Source of the DNA: Gammaproteobacteria bacterium
GTDB taxonomy: Bacteria > Pseudomonadota > Gammaproteobacteria > Eutrophobiales > Eutrophobiaceae
Length of the DNA stretch: 64,000 bases
Assembly: GCA_963422205.2 (NCBI GenBank)
Contig: CAXMWX010000001.1
Span: forward strand, 480,001-544,000
Direction: 5' to 3'
Every line of letters begins with the position of its first letter. The first letter of the stretch is position 1. The translations under genes and the position numbers were made by a program. The notes beneath the pieces are model-generated. The model ran no database searches and had not been told where the DNA came from. It saw nothing but the letters and a program-made list of their open reading frames with translations. Positions 1 through 9,818 of the stretch are shown in pieces.

Positions 1-1241
1 TGGGGCCGGATGAGGACATCCTGTTTGATGCCAACACCACCTCATTAGGCAAGAAGGTCGGCAAGGACTCATCCCTACGCACCTGGTGTGTGGATGAGCC
101 GGGTGCATGGGGCGCGCTGCGTGCCAACTCGGCCAAGGAGCGCGAGTGTGAAAACCGCAGCGACCAGTGGAAGCTGGGCGGTGGTTCAACCTGGGGCTGG
201 TGGCCTGCTGACTTCAAAGAGAACCTGGTGTATTACGGCTCCGGCAATCCAGGCACGTGGAACCCGGTTGTTCGTCCGGGCGATAACAGGTGGTCTATGA
301 GCGTCTTCGCCCGTGACATTGACACCGGTATGGCTCGCTGGGTCTACCAGATGACGCCGCATGATGAGTGGGATTACGATGGTGTGAACGAGATGATCCT
401 GGTCGACATGAAGGTGAAAGGCAAGCAGACGCCAGCACTGGTGCATTTCGACCGTAATGGATTTGCTTATACCATGAACCGCGTGAATGGTGCCTTGCTG
501 GTGGCCGAGAAGTACGACCCGTCTGTCAACTGGGCAACCCATGTCGACATGAAAACGGGTTATCCGCAGGTCGTCAATGCCTACAGCACCGCTTATAACG
601 GTGAGGATGTTGTCTCCAAGGACATCTGTCCTGCTGCCTTGGGTACCAAAGACCAGCAGCCGGCGGCCTACTCGCCACGGACTAATCTGTTCTATGTACC
701 CACCAACCATGTGTGCATGACCTACGAGCCGGTCAGTTATGCTGCTGGCGGTAATCAGTACACCGCAGGTCAAGCCTTTGTGAATGCCAACCTGACCATG
801 TATCCGGCTGGTGCTGTCACGAAGGATGGCACTGATAACATGGGTAACTTCATCGCCTGGAACGCTGACACTGGCAAGATAGTCTGGTCAATCCCTGAGC
901 AGTGGTCGGTGTGGAGTGGCGTGTTGGCCACCGCAGGTGACGTGGCGTTCTATGGTACGCTCGATGGCTACGCCAAGGCGGTGGATGCGAAAACCGGCAA
1001 GCTGCTGTGGAAGTTTAAGGCGCCGTCCGGCATCATCGGCAACTTCCACACCTGGGCGCATAAAGGCAAGCAGTACGTCGGTGTGCTTTCTGGTATCGGC
1101 GGTTGGGCTGGTGCGGTCGTTGCTATTCCGGGTCTGGCCGCTGCGCCTGACACGGCGGCCCTGGGTGCTGTCGGTGGCTACCGCAAACTGCTGAATGTAT
1201 CGCGTAATGCGGGTGTCTTGATGGTGTTCAGCCTGCCGTAG
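1..1241 (+). CDS. xoxF: PQQ/lanthanide-dependent methanol dehydrogenase XoxF (5'-truncated by window edge)
   Basis: Frame is open from nt 3 (GPDEDILFD...GKDSSLRTW). MDH motifs: [57 protein letters not shown]. The D-Y-D (nt 372-380) carries the extra Asp diagnostic of Ln-dependent XoxF, where MxaF has DYAG. Confidence 0.95.
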   Translation, partial: GPDEDILFDANTTSLGKKVGKDSSLRTWCVDEPGAWGALRANSAKERECENRSDQWKLGGGSTWGWWPADFKENLVYYGSGNPGTWNPVVRPGDNRWSMSVFARDIDTGMARWVYQMTPHDEWDYDGVNEMILVDMKVKGKQTPALVHFDRNGFAYTMNRVNGALLVAEKYDPSVNWATHVDMKTGYPQVVNAYSTAYNGEDVVSKDICPAALGTKDQQPAAYSPRTNLFYVPTNHVCMTYEPVSYAAGGNQYTAGQAFVNANLTMYPAGAVTKDGTDNMGNFIAWNADTGKIVWSIPEQWSVWSGVLATAGDVAFYGTLDGYAKAVDAKTGKLLWKFKAPSGIIGNFHTWAHKGKQYVGVLSGIGGWAGAVVAIPGLAAAPDTAALGAVGGYRKLLNVSRNAGVLMVFSLP

Positions 1242-1306
1242 GCATTCGCTCATAGCGATAGCGTTACAGTAAGCTACTAATAAGAAACGTTGTTGTAGCT
1301 TTGCAT

Positions 1307-1342
1307 AAATCCCCGGTGTCCTGAGATGCCGGGGATTTTTTT
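1307..1342 (+). terminator. Rho-independent terminator after xoxF
   Basis: Hairpin aaatccccggtgtc-ctga-gatgccggggattt followed by a T-run. Confidence 0.8.
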
Positions 1343-1478
1343 ATGACGTTAAGATCAGGGAAAAATTCCTGTATAACACAAGAACGTAAATTATCTTACC
1401 GAGTCTTTAGTCATACTGTCACAAGCATCAGGCAGGCGATGATCCTGCACATGCAGGCTGTTTGAAACCCGGAGGACT

Positions 1479-1924
1479 ATGATGAAAATAAAATATATCG
1501 ATATACTGCTTGCCAGTCTGTCGGGGCTGTTATTCTTGCCCGGTGTATTTGCGGCAGAGCATATCATCAATGCCGAGGCGCGCCGGTTTAACCCCGATAT
1601 CGTTTACATACAGCCAGGTGATACCGTTGGCTTTATCAACATGACCTCACACAATGCGGTTTCTGAGGATGGCCTGTTACCTGAAGGCGCCGCACCGTTT
1701 CGCTCGGATCTGGGGAGAATCTGAAATTAACGCTGGATGTGGAGGGCATTTATCCTTATGTCTGTGAACCACATATCGGTTTCGGCATGGTCGGGGTGAT
1801 TGTGGTCGGGGCGCCCGTCAATGTTGATGAGGTGATGGCGAAGGCCAGAGAAACGCTGGAGGGGCCCAAGCGTCGTTTAATTGGCAAGATATTAAAGGTG
1901 CAGCGTGCAGCAAAAAAACAGTAA
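1479..1924 (+). pseudogene. Pseudoazurin/plastocyanin-family blue copper protein, split by a 1-nt frameshift (possibly a sequencing error)
   Basis: RBS ggagga and signal peptide. N-half carries FNPDIVYIQPGDTV..SHN (His ligand). C-half carries GIYPYVCEPHIGFGMVG (Cys, His, Met ligands). Adding one G to gggg at 1712-1715 gives ...DLGENLKLTLDVEGIY..., a continuous cupredoxin. Confidence 0.85.
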
Positions 1925-1979
1925 AATACGAGCGCACAAACCATAGTGTTAAGATGACCAGTTCAACGGGAGAGTTAAG

Positions 1980-2894
1980 ATGAATGCGGCTGTTAGACCC
2001 TGCGGCTTTTTGCTGTTAATGATGGCAGTGACCCTGATGGTGAGTGCCCAGGAGAGAGTTGACGGAAAAGCCGGAGGAGAAGCGCAGCAAGCTGAGTTAA
2101 TGACGGTGCTTAAAGTCTGTGCTGATCCGTTTATGTTGCCTTTTTCCAATCGCAAGGAAGAGGGTTTTGAGAACCGGATTGCCGAATTGTTTGCCGAGAG
2201 ATTGGGCGTGCCTGTTCGCTATGAGTTTTTCCCGCAGCGCATGGGCTTTATCAGGAACACCTTGCGGGCAGAGTCCGATGCTGGCCCGGGCTATAAATGC
2301 GATCTGGTCATCAATGTGCCGGAATCGTTTGAACTGGCTGCCACCACAGATTCTTATTACACCACGTCTTATGTGCTGGTCTTTGCCAGGGGCCGGGGCA
2401 TGGACAGCGTGACCTCGGCAGAGATGCTGGGGGAGTTGGTGAACACGCAGGGCGTGAAGATCAGGTTCGGGCTGGCCGATCGTGGCCCGGCCCAGTTCTG
2501 GGTCTCTAAGCATGGCTTGATGGGCAGCATCGTGCCTTATCAGGGGCAGCCCGGTGATGCCCGGGTCAATCCCGGAGAGCAACTGATCAAGGATATTCTG
2601 GCGGGCAAGATTGATGCCGCTATCGCCTGGGGGCCGACGGCCGGTTATTTTGCCAGCCAGGCAGATGCCAAAGACAAACTGGTGATCTTGCCGCTGCGGG
2701 ATGATCCGGATTCCCCTCGGATCAAGTTTGAATACAGCATGGCCATGGGCGTACGTTATGGTGAGAAAGCCTGGAAGGATAAAATCAACGGCCTGATTGC
2801 GGCCAATCAGGATGAGATCAATGCGATCCTGCAAGCATACGGCGTACCCTTGCTGCCGCTTAAACACGCCGCCGAACAAGATGATGATGACTGA
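1980..2894 (+). CDS. xoxJ: XoxJ/MxaJ-family periplasmic substrate-binding protein associated with methanol dehydrogenase
   Basis: Signal peptide; motifs LKVCADP..LPFSN..EEGFENRIAEL, QRMGFIRNTL, YYTTSYVLV, IAWGPTAGYFA, MAMGVRYGEKAWK; lies downstream of xoxF. Confidence 0.88.
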   Translation: MNAAVRPCGFLLLMMAVTLMVSAQERVDGKAGGEAQQAELMTVLKVCADPFMLPFSNRKEEGFENRIAELFAERLGVPVRYEFFPQRMGFIRNTLRAESDAGPGYKCDLVINVPESFELAATTDSYYTTSYVLVFARGRGMDSVTSAEMLGELVNTQGVKIRFGLADRGPAQFWVSKHGLMGSIVPYQGQPGDARVNPGEQLIKDILAGKIDAAIAWGPTAGYFASQADAKDKLVILPLRDDPDSPRIKFEYSMAMGVRYGEKAWKDKINGLIAANQDEINAILQAYGVPLLPLKHAAEQDDDD

Positions 2895-2898
2895 GACC

Positions 2899-3690
2899 AT
2901 GAAGATACACAAAAATATTTATGCTGGCATGATGGCCTTCGGGCTGTTGCTTACCGTGCTGGTCACCGTTCAGGCACAGGAACAAAATGCCGTTGAGGTG
3001 GAGGTACAAGAAGATGGCGTTGTTGAGATTCCAGGGGCAACCATAGGCCGTATGGGTGATGCCGTGAGGGTTGATCCGGACACGTTTGAATTTGCCGAGG
3101 CGGAAACCAAACTCTGGCTGGATGATCATTTGCATAATATCGATAAACCCGCCAGGCTCTATTATGAGTTTGTCAAATCCGGCAGCTATGAAGAAGGATT
3201 CACCGACTCGGTCTATCTGGATATCATCGCTGTCAATGCCGATGGCAGCAAGAATGCCAATCTGGAGTTCTTCGCAGCTGAGAGGCGTCAGATAGCAGAG
3301 CCTGATAACCTGACCAACATCATCGGCAACCCCGTGCTGGTGTTGTACATGCAGGGCGATGTATATGAAATGAGCCGCTTGACGAGCGGCAGCTGGCGTT
3401 ATTTTCAGCGTCGTATCAAGCTGGCATTCAGCGAAGCGGCTAGGATCGAACCGGTGACTTTTACCTTTGCCGGCAAAGAGTTGACAGGTGAGAAAATATC
3501 GATTGCGCCTTACCTGAACGATCCCAGACGCCGACAGTTTGAGCAGTTTGCGGTCAAATCCTATGAGTTCATCTTATCCGATGCTGTGCCCGGCAAGGTC
3601 TATCAGATAAAAACCGTGGTGCCAGACAGCAAAAATCCCGACCAGCCCCTGCTTGAGGAAGTGCTGACACTGCAAAGTGTGAAGTCCTAG
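2899..3690 (+). CDS. Exported hypothetical protein, tightly coupled to xoxJ
   Basis: ATG 4 nt after the xoxJ stop; N-terminal signal-peptide-like MKIHKNIYAGMMAFGLLLTVLVTVQAQE; 263 codons; no family recognised. Confidence 0.75.
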   Translation: MKIHKNIYAGMMAFGLLLTVLVTVQAQEQNAVEVEVQEDGVVEIPGATIGRMGDAVRVDPDTFEFAEAETKLWLDDHLHNIDKPARLYYEFVKSGSYEEGFTDSVYLDIIAVNADGSKNANLEFFAAERRQIAEPDNLTNIIGNPVLVLYMQGDVYEMSRLTSGSWRYFQRRIKLAFSEAARIEPVTFTFAGKELTGEKISIAPYLNDPRRRQFEQFAVKSYEFILSDAVPGKVYQIKTVVPDSKNPDQPLLEEVLTLQSVKS

Positions 3691-3699
3691 CCTGAAATC

Positions 3700-6435
3700 T
3701 CAAGCCGCTTCCAGCTTGACGGCGCAGTATTTAAATTCCGGTATCTTGCCGTAAGGGTCCAGTGCTTCAATGGTCAACAGGTTGGCCGCTGCCTCATGGT
3801 AGCAAAACGCCATGAAGACGTTGCCCGGTTGCAGTCTCGTATCTGCCCGGCTAATGGCCTCTACCGCCCCTCTTCTTGAACTGATATGTACCCGCTTGCC
3901 CGCATCCAGTGCAAGCCGGTCAAGATCATCGGGATGCACGCTGACCACCGGCAAGGGTTCCAGTTGGTTCAATATGCTGGCACGCCGGGTCATGCTGCCG
4001 GTGTGCCAATGTTCAAGCTGCCTGCCCGTGATGAAGATGAACGGGAATGCCTGATCCGGCAGTTCGGCGGCCATCTCATAGTCCGCTGAGACAAAACGGC
4101 CACGTTTGTCGTCGGTAGGGAAGCCCTCGGTAAAGATCACCGCCGTGCCGGGATCGCCTGTATTTAACAAGGGATAAGTTAAGGAATGTGCCTTGTCCAG
4201 TCTGTCCCATGTCATGCCCGCCATGCTGGGTGTTGCCTGTCTGATCTCGTTGAAGACAGATCCCGCTGAAGGGTAGTCCCAATCCAGCCCCAGGCGTTTT
4301 GCCAGTTCCTGGATGATCCATAAGTCCTGTCGGGCCTGGCCGGGCGGTTCGATGGCCTGTCTGCCGAGTTGTACCCGTCTGTCAGTGTTGGTAAACGTAC
4401 CGGTTTTCTCAGGGAAGGCAGAGGCGGGCAAAATCACATCGGCAAAGCCGGCGGTCTCGGTGAAAAAAATATCCTGCACGATGAGATGCCTTAATCTCGC
4501 CAGGGCAGCACGTGCATGGTGTAAATTGGGATCGGACATGGCCGGGTTTTCACCCATAATATACATCCCGTCCAACTCACCATCATGGATGGCGTGCATG
4601 ATCTCAACCACGGTCAGGCCGGGCTCTCTATCCAGTTCCGTGTGCCATAATTGTTCGAATTTTTGCTGTACCTGCTGATCGTTGACCGGCTGATAATCCG
4701 GGTAGACCATGGGGATGAGGCCAACATCGGATGCGCCTTGGACGTTGTTCTGTCCTCGCAATGGATGCAGGCCAGCCCCGGGGCGTCCAATCTGACCGGT
4801 CATCAAGGCCAGCGAGATAAGGCAGCGGGCATTGTCTGTGCCGTGCGTATGCTGGGAGATCCCCATGCCCCAGAAGATCATGGCGGCATCGGCCTTGGCA
4901 TAGATGCGGGCGACTTGTTTTAAGGTAGCGGCGTCAATACCGCAGATGGCAGCGACAGACTCCGGGCGGTATTTCGCTACGGCCGCTGTCAGCTCGGCAA
5001 AACCGTCCGTGTATTGCTCAATATAATCACGATCATAAAGCTCTTCTGTAATGATGGTGTGTATCATGGCATTGAGCATGGGAACATCGGTATCCGGCCG
5101 GAATTGCAAAAAGTAATCGGCATGACGGGCCAGATCAGAGCGATAGGGATCCATCAGGATGAGAGTCTTGCCGGCCTTGCTCGCATTCTTCATAAACGTA
5201 GCCGCCACCGGATGATTGACCGTCGGCCTGGCGCCAATGACGATGATGACCTCGGCCTCGCTGACATCGGTGACCGGATTGGATACTGCCCCTGAGCCGA
5301 TCGTCTCCAGCAGTGCGGCCACGGAAGAGGCATGACATAAACGGGTACAATGATCGACATTGTTTGAACGAAAGCCCGTTCTGATGAGTTTCTGAAACAG
5401 ATACGCCTCTTCATTGCTGCCCTTGGCCGAACCAAACCCCGCCAGTGCGCGTGCACCTTTGCCATCACGTATTGCCAATAACCCGGCGGCGGCAACATCC
5501 AGTGCCTCCTCCCAGCTTGCCTCAGTAAAGTAATCCATCCTGTTCTCAGGGGCGATCACCTCGGCGGTCTTGGGCGCATCCGGCTTGCGAATTAATGGCG
5601 TGGTGAGCCGGTCGGGATGATGCACATAATCAAAACCGTAACGGCCCTTGACACAAAGCCGGCCTTTATTGGCTGGCCCGTCTTTGCCGTTGACGGCGTG
5701 AATCCGGTTGTCCTTGACGTGATAGGTGAGCAGGCAGCCCACACCGCAGTAGGGGCAGACGGAATCCACCTGCTTATCGGCATCCTCCCCGGCCCGCCCA
5801 TTGACCGACATCAGGGCGCCGGTAGGGCAGGCTTGCACGCATTCCCCGCAGCTAACGCAGCTGCTCTCACCCAAGGGGTCATCACTATCGAAGACAATTT
5901 TTGCCTGCTCCCCCCGGAAGGCATAACCGATGACATCATTCACTTGCTCTTCCCGGCAGGCCCTGATGCAGCGTGTGCAGTGAATGCAGGTATCCAGGTT
6001 GACCTGGATTGCCGGGTGGCTTGAATCGGCAGCAACAGGCTTTCGAGCCGGGAGGCGTGGCCGGCCCACCGCCATCTCCCTGGCCCAGTAGTCCAGCTCT
6101 GATTGGCTGGTGTGTGGTGAGCCGCCCTGATCAGGCATATCCGCCAGTAACAACTCAAGGATCATTTTCTGTGCCTGCACCGCCCGTTCGCTGTCCGTGC
6201 TGACCTTCATGCCTGCCTGTGGCTGGCGGCAGCAGGCGGCGGCCAGCACCCGCTCGCCATCGATCTCGACCATGCAGGCCCGGCAGTTGCCATCAGCACG
6301 GTAGCCCGGTTTGTAGCAGAGATACGGGATAGCGACATGCAGGCGTTTTGCCGTTTGCAAAATGCTCTCACCGGCCAGAGCCTGCACGGGTTTGTCGTTT
6401 AAGTAAAAAGCAACCGGGTTTTCCTGTAAGGTCAT
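3700..6435 (-). CDS. fdhA: NAD-dependent formate dehydrogenase alpha subunit (W/Mo-bisPGD, Fdh1A-like)
   Basis: N-terminal 2Fe-2S motif (C..GNCRAC..C), 2x4Fe-4S motifs (CIHCTRC, CVSCGEC), CPYCGVGC, active site DHCTRLCHASS (Cys, not Sec), LRGQNNVQG, C-terminal KIPEFKYCAV. Confidence 0.93.
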   Translation of the reverse strand: MTLQENPVAFYLNDKPVQALAGESILQTAKRLHVAIPYLCYKPGYRADGNCRACMVEIDGERVLAAACCRQPQAGMKVSTDSERAVQAQKMILELLLADMPDQGGSPHTSQSELDYWAREMAVGRPRLPARKPVAADSSHPAIQVNLDTCIHCTRCIRACREEQVNDVIGYAFRGEQAKIVFDSDDPLGESSCVSCGECVQACPTGALMSVNGRAGEDADKQVDSVCPYCGVGCLLTYHVKDNRIHAVNGKDGPANKGRLCVKGRYGFDYVHHPDRLTTPLIRKPDAPKTAEVIAPENRMDYFTEASWEEALDVAAAGLLAIRDGKGARALAGFGSAKGSNEEAYLFQKLIRTGFRSNNVDHCTRLCHASSVAALLETIGSGAVSNPVTDVSEAEVIIVIGARPTVNHPVAATFMKNASKAGKTLILMDPYRSDLARHADYFLQFRPDTDVPMLNAMIHTIITEELYDRDYIEQYTDGFAELTAAVAKYRPESVAAICGIDAATLKQVARIYAKADAAMIFWGMGISQHTHGTDNARCLISLALMTGQIGRPGAGLHPLRGQNNVQGASDVGLIPMVYPDYQPVNDQQVQQKFEQLWHTELDREPGLTVVEIMHAIHDGELDGMYIMGENPAMSDPNLHHARAALARLRHLIVQDIFFTETAGFADVILPASAFPEKTGTFTNTDRRVQLGRQAIEPPGQARQDLWIIQELAKRLGLDWDYPSAGSVFNEIRQATPSMAGMTWDRLDKAHSLTYPLLNTGDPGTAVIFTEGFPTDDKRGRFVSADYEMAAELPDQAFPFIFITGRQLEHWHTGSMTRRASILNQLEPLPVVSVHPDDLDRLALDAGKRVHISSRRGAVEAISRADTRLQPGNVFMAFCYHEAAANLLTIEALDPYGKIPEFKYCAVKLEAA

Positions 6436-8096
6436 TTTGCAAACTCCTGAGGGAAATGGTTGATGGCCGAGCGCAGGGGATTAGGCGCCGCCTGACCCAG
6501 CCCGCAGATAGAGGCATCGGCCATGGCGGCACAAAGCTCCTCCAATAAGGCGACATCCCATTTTTCCCGTTGCATCAGCTTGACCGCCTTGGCCGTGCCG
6601 ACACGGCAGGGCGTACATTGGCCGCAGGATTCGTGGGCGAAAAAACGCATGCAGTTCAGCGCCAGCTGCCTTGCGGAGTCATGTTGTGACAACACAATAA
6701 TGGCCGCCGAGCCAATAAAACAGCCGGCCTCATGCAGCGTGTCGAAATCCAGCGGCAGATCCGCCAGGCTTGCCGGCAGGATGCCGCCTGAAGCACCGCC
6801 CGGAAAATAGCCATACAACTGATGCCCGGCGAGCATACCGCCGCAATACTCGGCAATCAATTCATTCAGTGTGATCCCGGCCGGGGCGAGATGGACTCCA
6901 GGCCGGTTGATGCGACCGCTGACAGAGAACGAGCGCAGACCCTGCCTGCCGTTGCGCCCATGCGATAAAAACCACGCCGGGCCCCTCTCCAGAATATCCC
7001 GCACCCAGTACAGGGTTTCCATGTTGTGTTCCAGGGTCGGCTTGCCAAACAAACCCACCTCGGCCACGAACGGCGGCCTTAGCCTTGGCATACCACGTTT
7101 GCCTTCGATGGATTCGATCATGGCCGACTCCTCCCCACAGATATAGGCACCCGCCCCCCGGCGCAGAATGATCTGTGGTGTTTGCAGGGTTTTATCGTTC
7201 GCCAGGGCCGCCAGCTCATGCTGCATTATCTGTCGGCATTCTGCATACTCATCACGTAAATACATATAGATCGCCTCGGCCTCTATTGCCCAGGCAGCGA
7301 TCAATACCCCCTCAAGCAGGCGGTGCGGGTCGCGCTCCAGATAATACCGATCCTTGAATGTGCCTGGCTCCCCCTCATCAATATTGACGGCGATCAGGCG
7401 CGGCTTTTTCTGCTGGCTGAGTATATCCCACTTCTTGCCGGCCGGAAATCCGGCACCCCCCAGGCCGCGCAAGCCGGCCGCCTGCATTTGCGAGATCACG
7501 TATGCACGTGTCAGGTCGCCGTCATGGCATTTTTTCAGCAGTTGATACCCCGCCGTGCGGCGATACGCATCCAGCGTGATATACGGCCTGAGTGTTGTCA
7601 CGGCTGTCTCGCCGCGCGCTATCATGGCGGTGATTTTTTTCGCCGTTGCCTGTTCTGCCGGGTTTGTCCCGACAACGGCCACGGGCGCACTATGGCATCG
7701 GCCGACACATGGCACAGGCTGAATACGTACCTTGTGGCGAGGGAGTTGTTGCTCAAGCTCGGCCATGAGGTGTTCAGCCCCGTACATCTCGCAGGTGATG
7801 GACTGACAGACCCGGACTGTCAACTCGGGCGGGGCGGGGTGCTGGTCTTTGACGACATCAAAATGATGATAGAAGGTGGCCACTTCATAAACCTCGGTGG
7901 TGGAGAGTTTTAACTCCTCAGCCAGTGCGGTGATGTGATCGGCGGAGATATGGTGATATTCATCCTGTAGCCGATGCAGAAATTCGATCAGCAGGTCTCT
8001 TCGTCTCGGCATACCTTCCAGCAGCTGTGTGATGGCCTGCCGTGATTGTGCATCGGCCTCCCGCCCGCGAAATTGATTGTTGATTTTTTTATTCAT
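6432..8096 (-). CDS. fdhB: Formate dehydrogenase beta (diaphorase) subunit, NuoE+NuoF fusion (Fdh1B-like)
   Basis: EVATFYHHF, VCQSITC, CVGRC (2Fe-2S), LRGLGGAGFP, DEGEPGTFKDR, GAGAYICGEE, ESCGQCTPCRVG; 4-nt overlap with the alpha gene. Confidence 0.92.
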   Translation of the reverse strand: MNKKINNQFRGREADAQSRQAITQLLEGMPRRRDLLIEFLHRLQDEYHHISADHITALAEELKLSTTEVYEVATFYHHFDVVKDQHPAPPELTVRVCQSITCEMYGAEHLMAELEQQLPRHKVRIQPVPCVGRCHSAPVAVVGTNPAEQATAKKITAMIARGETAVTTLRPYITLDAYRRTAGYQLLKKCHDGDLTRAYVISQMQAAGLRGLGGAGFPAGKKWDILSQQKKPRLIAVNIDEGEPGTFKDRYYLERDPHRLLEGVLIAAWAIEAEAIYMYLRDEYAECRQIMQHELAALANDKTLQTPQIILRRGAGAYICGEESAMIESIEGKRGMPRLRPPFVAEVGLFGKPTLEHNMETLYWVRDILERGPAWFLSHGRNGRQGLRSFSVSGRINRPGVHLAPAGITLNELIAEYCGGMLAGHQLYGYFPGGASGGILPASLADLPLDFDTLHEAGCFIGSAAIIVLSQHDSARQLALNCMRFFAHESCGQCTPCRVGTAKAVKLMQREKWDVALLEELCAAMADASICGLGQAAPNPLRSAINHFPQEFAK

Positions 8097-8105
8097 GAGA
8101 CAAGT

Positions 8106-8924
8106 TTATTTTGGTGTGTTTAACAGGACAAGTAACTCCCCTTTGCCGTTCTCCGCCATATCGCCGGCATAGCGATGCACCTCAGGCCCGTAGTGCTTGA
8201 AGCGGCGATACCTGCTGCCCATGCGCGATAGCTGCTTGAAGAACAGCCGTAAATAGGCCATCTTCAAATGGCCGCAACTGACCATGCCCGCCCCCATCAG
8301 GGCCGGGGCAGATTGCATGATAATCGTGCCTCTTTTCATGCCATAGCCGGGCAGGTGGCCGCACTTGCCCAGCACCACTACCGTACCGGCAATCATATTC
8401 GCCCCCGTATAATCGCCAGCATCTTTAGCGATCAGGATCATCCCGCGGCGCATCTTCTGCCCGGCCCGATCACCGGCATTTCCCCACACCGTGATCAGGC
8501 CATCATCCATGCCGTGCCTGCCACAGCCGATAGCGTGACCGGCATCGCCCATCACCTCGATCCTGCCCCAGCGCATCTGCCACCCCAGCCAGTTGCCGCA
8601 GTGACCATGCACATGAATGCTGCCGCCCTGCATGGCTTCGCCCAGGTAATCGCCAGCGTGTGATTTGACAGTGATACGGCCCTTGGTCATGCCATAACCA
8701 ATACGCTGCACATATTCGTTAGTGCGCCGTATTTCGATGTCATTGGCATCGTTGCCCTGTAGGGTAAACAGCTCGCCAATGCGAATTTTCTCATTGCCAA
8801 GCCGTACCTTGAGCGCGGCGATGGCGTGTCGATCCCCGGCCCGGGCGAGCAGGTCCGGCGTCAACACCGATAAATCCAGCGTTTTATCCGGTTTGCTTAA
8901 CAGGGTAAAGATCATGCGGCTCAT
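8106..8924 (-). CDS. fhcC: Formyltransferase/hydrolase complex subunit C (beta-helix)
   Basis: Repeated G.aGd..G..M.gG.I.v beta-helix units; C-terminal YAGDMAENGKGELL; last gene of the fhcBADC order. Confidence 0.9.
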   Translation of the reverse strand: MSRMIFTLLSKPDKTLDLSVLTPDLLARAGDRHAIAALKVRLGNEKIRIGELFTLQGNDANDIEIRRTNEYVQRIGYGMTKGRITVKSHAGDYLGEAMQGGSIHVHGHCGNWLGWQMRWGRIEVMGDAGHAIGCGRHGMDDGLITVWGNAGDRAGQKMRRGMILIAKDAGDYTGANMIAGTVVVLGKCGHLPGYGMKRGTIIMQSAPALMGAGMVSCGHLKMAYLRLFFKQLSRMGSRYRRFKHYGPEVHRYAGDMAENGKGELLVLLNTPK

Positions 8925-9817
8925 GTCAGTATATCCCTTAAATGAAAGTGGTACGGCCCCAGTTTGCCGCCATAGTTCCCGGCGCTGATCCGGTAAATGC
9001 CCTTCTCCGGGCCATACTGACAGACCGCTTCAACCCCGGCCTTGATCGCGGCTTTTATTGCCGCTTCGCTCATACCATCGATCACGATCTCCAGCACCGA
9101 GCCGATCTCCTCGGTCAACATGCTGTCCACCTGGCCCTTTAGTGTCGGACAAAAGGCTTCGTTGGTGGAGGCGGGCAGGAAGGTGTATTTGGAGCCAACC
9201 TTTGAACCAGAACCGACAATGCCGCCGGGAAAGGTGGTGACCGCCCCGGGTATGTTGCTGATCGCTTTGACGGCTTTTTCACAGGCGAGCAGGCCCTGGC
9301 GTGATGTCCTGGCCATGACCATGAAATTACCACCACCGATCGCCGGCACCACGCCGGTAGACTCCTCGCACAGGAACTCGCCGTGCATCACCGGAATCCG
9401 CCAGTATCTGATCCCGGCCAGCACCTTGGCGATCTGATAACCATCACCAAAATACCGGAGATTTTTACCCAGTGGCAGCATGGTGTTGCTTCTGATGCCA
9501 GCAAAACATGCACTGGTGGCGGTGGTCATCACCGATTGCCCGACGCGCCGGGTGAGTTGGTCGGCCAGCTGAGTTTTTGACATGGCAAAGATCAAAACCG
9601 CCAGCCCGGGCCTGCCGTCCGGGGTTTCTGCCGGTTTTAATTCGCATTCAATGTCCGACTCGCAACCACAGGCGATGACCGAGGAGGCAAAGCCGGTCAG
9701 CGAGTTGGCCGCCCGGTACGCCCATTGCAGCGACATCGCCGTGATGATGATACGGGTGGCCTGCATCGGGAAGCCCTCGGCAAAGGTATCGTCTATGACT
9801 ATGCCGTTGATCTTCAT
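8921..9817 (-). CDS. fhcD: Formylmethanofuran(methylofuran):H4MPT formyltransferase, Fhc subunit D
   Basis: MKINGIVIDDTFAEGF, TGFASSVIACGCE, TPDGRPG, RVGQSVMT, GSGSKVGSKY, ISAGNYGGKLG. Confidence 0.93.
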   Translation of the reverse strand: MKINGIVIDDTFAEGFPMQATRIIITAMSLQWAYRAANSLTGFASSVIACGCESDIECELKPAETPDGRPGLAVLIFAMSKTQLADQLTRRVGQSVMTTATSACFAGIRSNTMLPLGKNLRYFGDGYQIAKVLAGIRYWRIPVMHGEFLCEESTGVVPAIGGGNFMVMARTSRQGLLACEKAVKAISNIPGAVTTFPGGIVGSGSKVGSKYTFLPASTNEAFCPTLKGQVDSMLTEEIGSVLEIVIDGMSEAAIKAAIKAGVEAVCQYGPEKGIYRISAGNYGGKLGPYHFHLRDILT

Positions 9818-9818
9818 A

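Noticed and set aside
2097-2912. 271-aa minus-strand ORF
   Set aside because: Antisense shadow of xoxJ with no recognisable motifs.
5320-5350. Possible selenocysteine in Fdh alpha (and likewise in FwdB)
   Set aside because: Both active sites are encoded as Cys (RLCHAS; SVCHGP) with no in-frame TGA.
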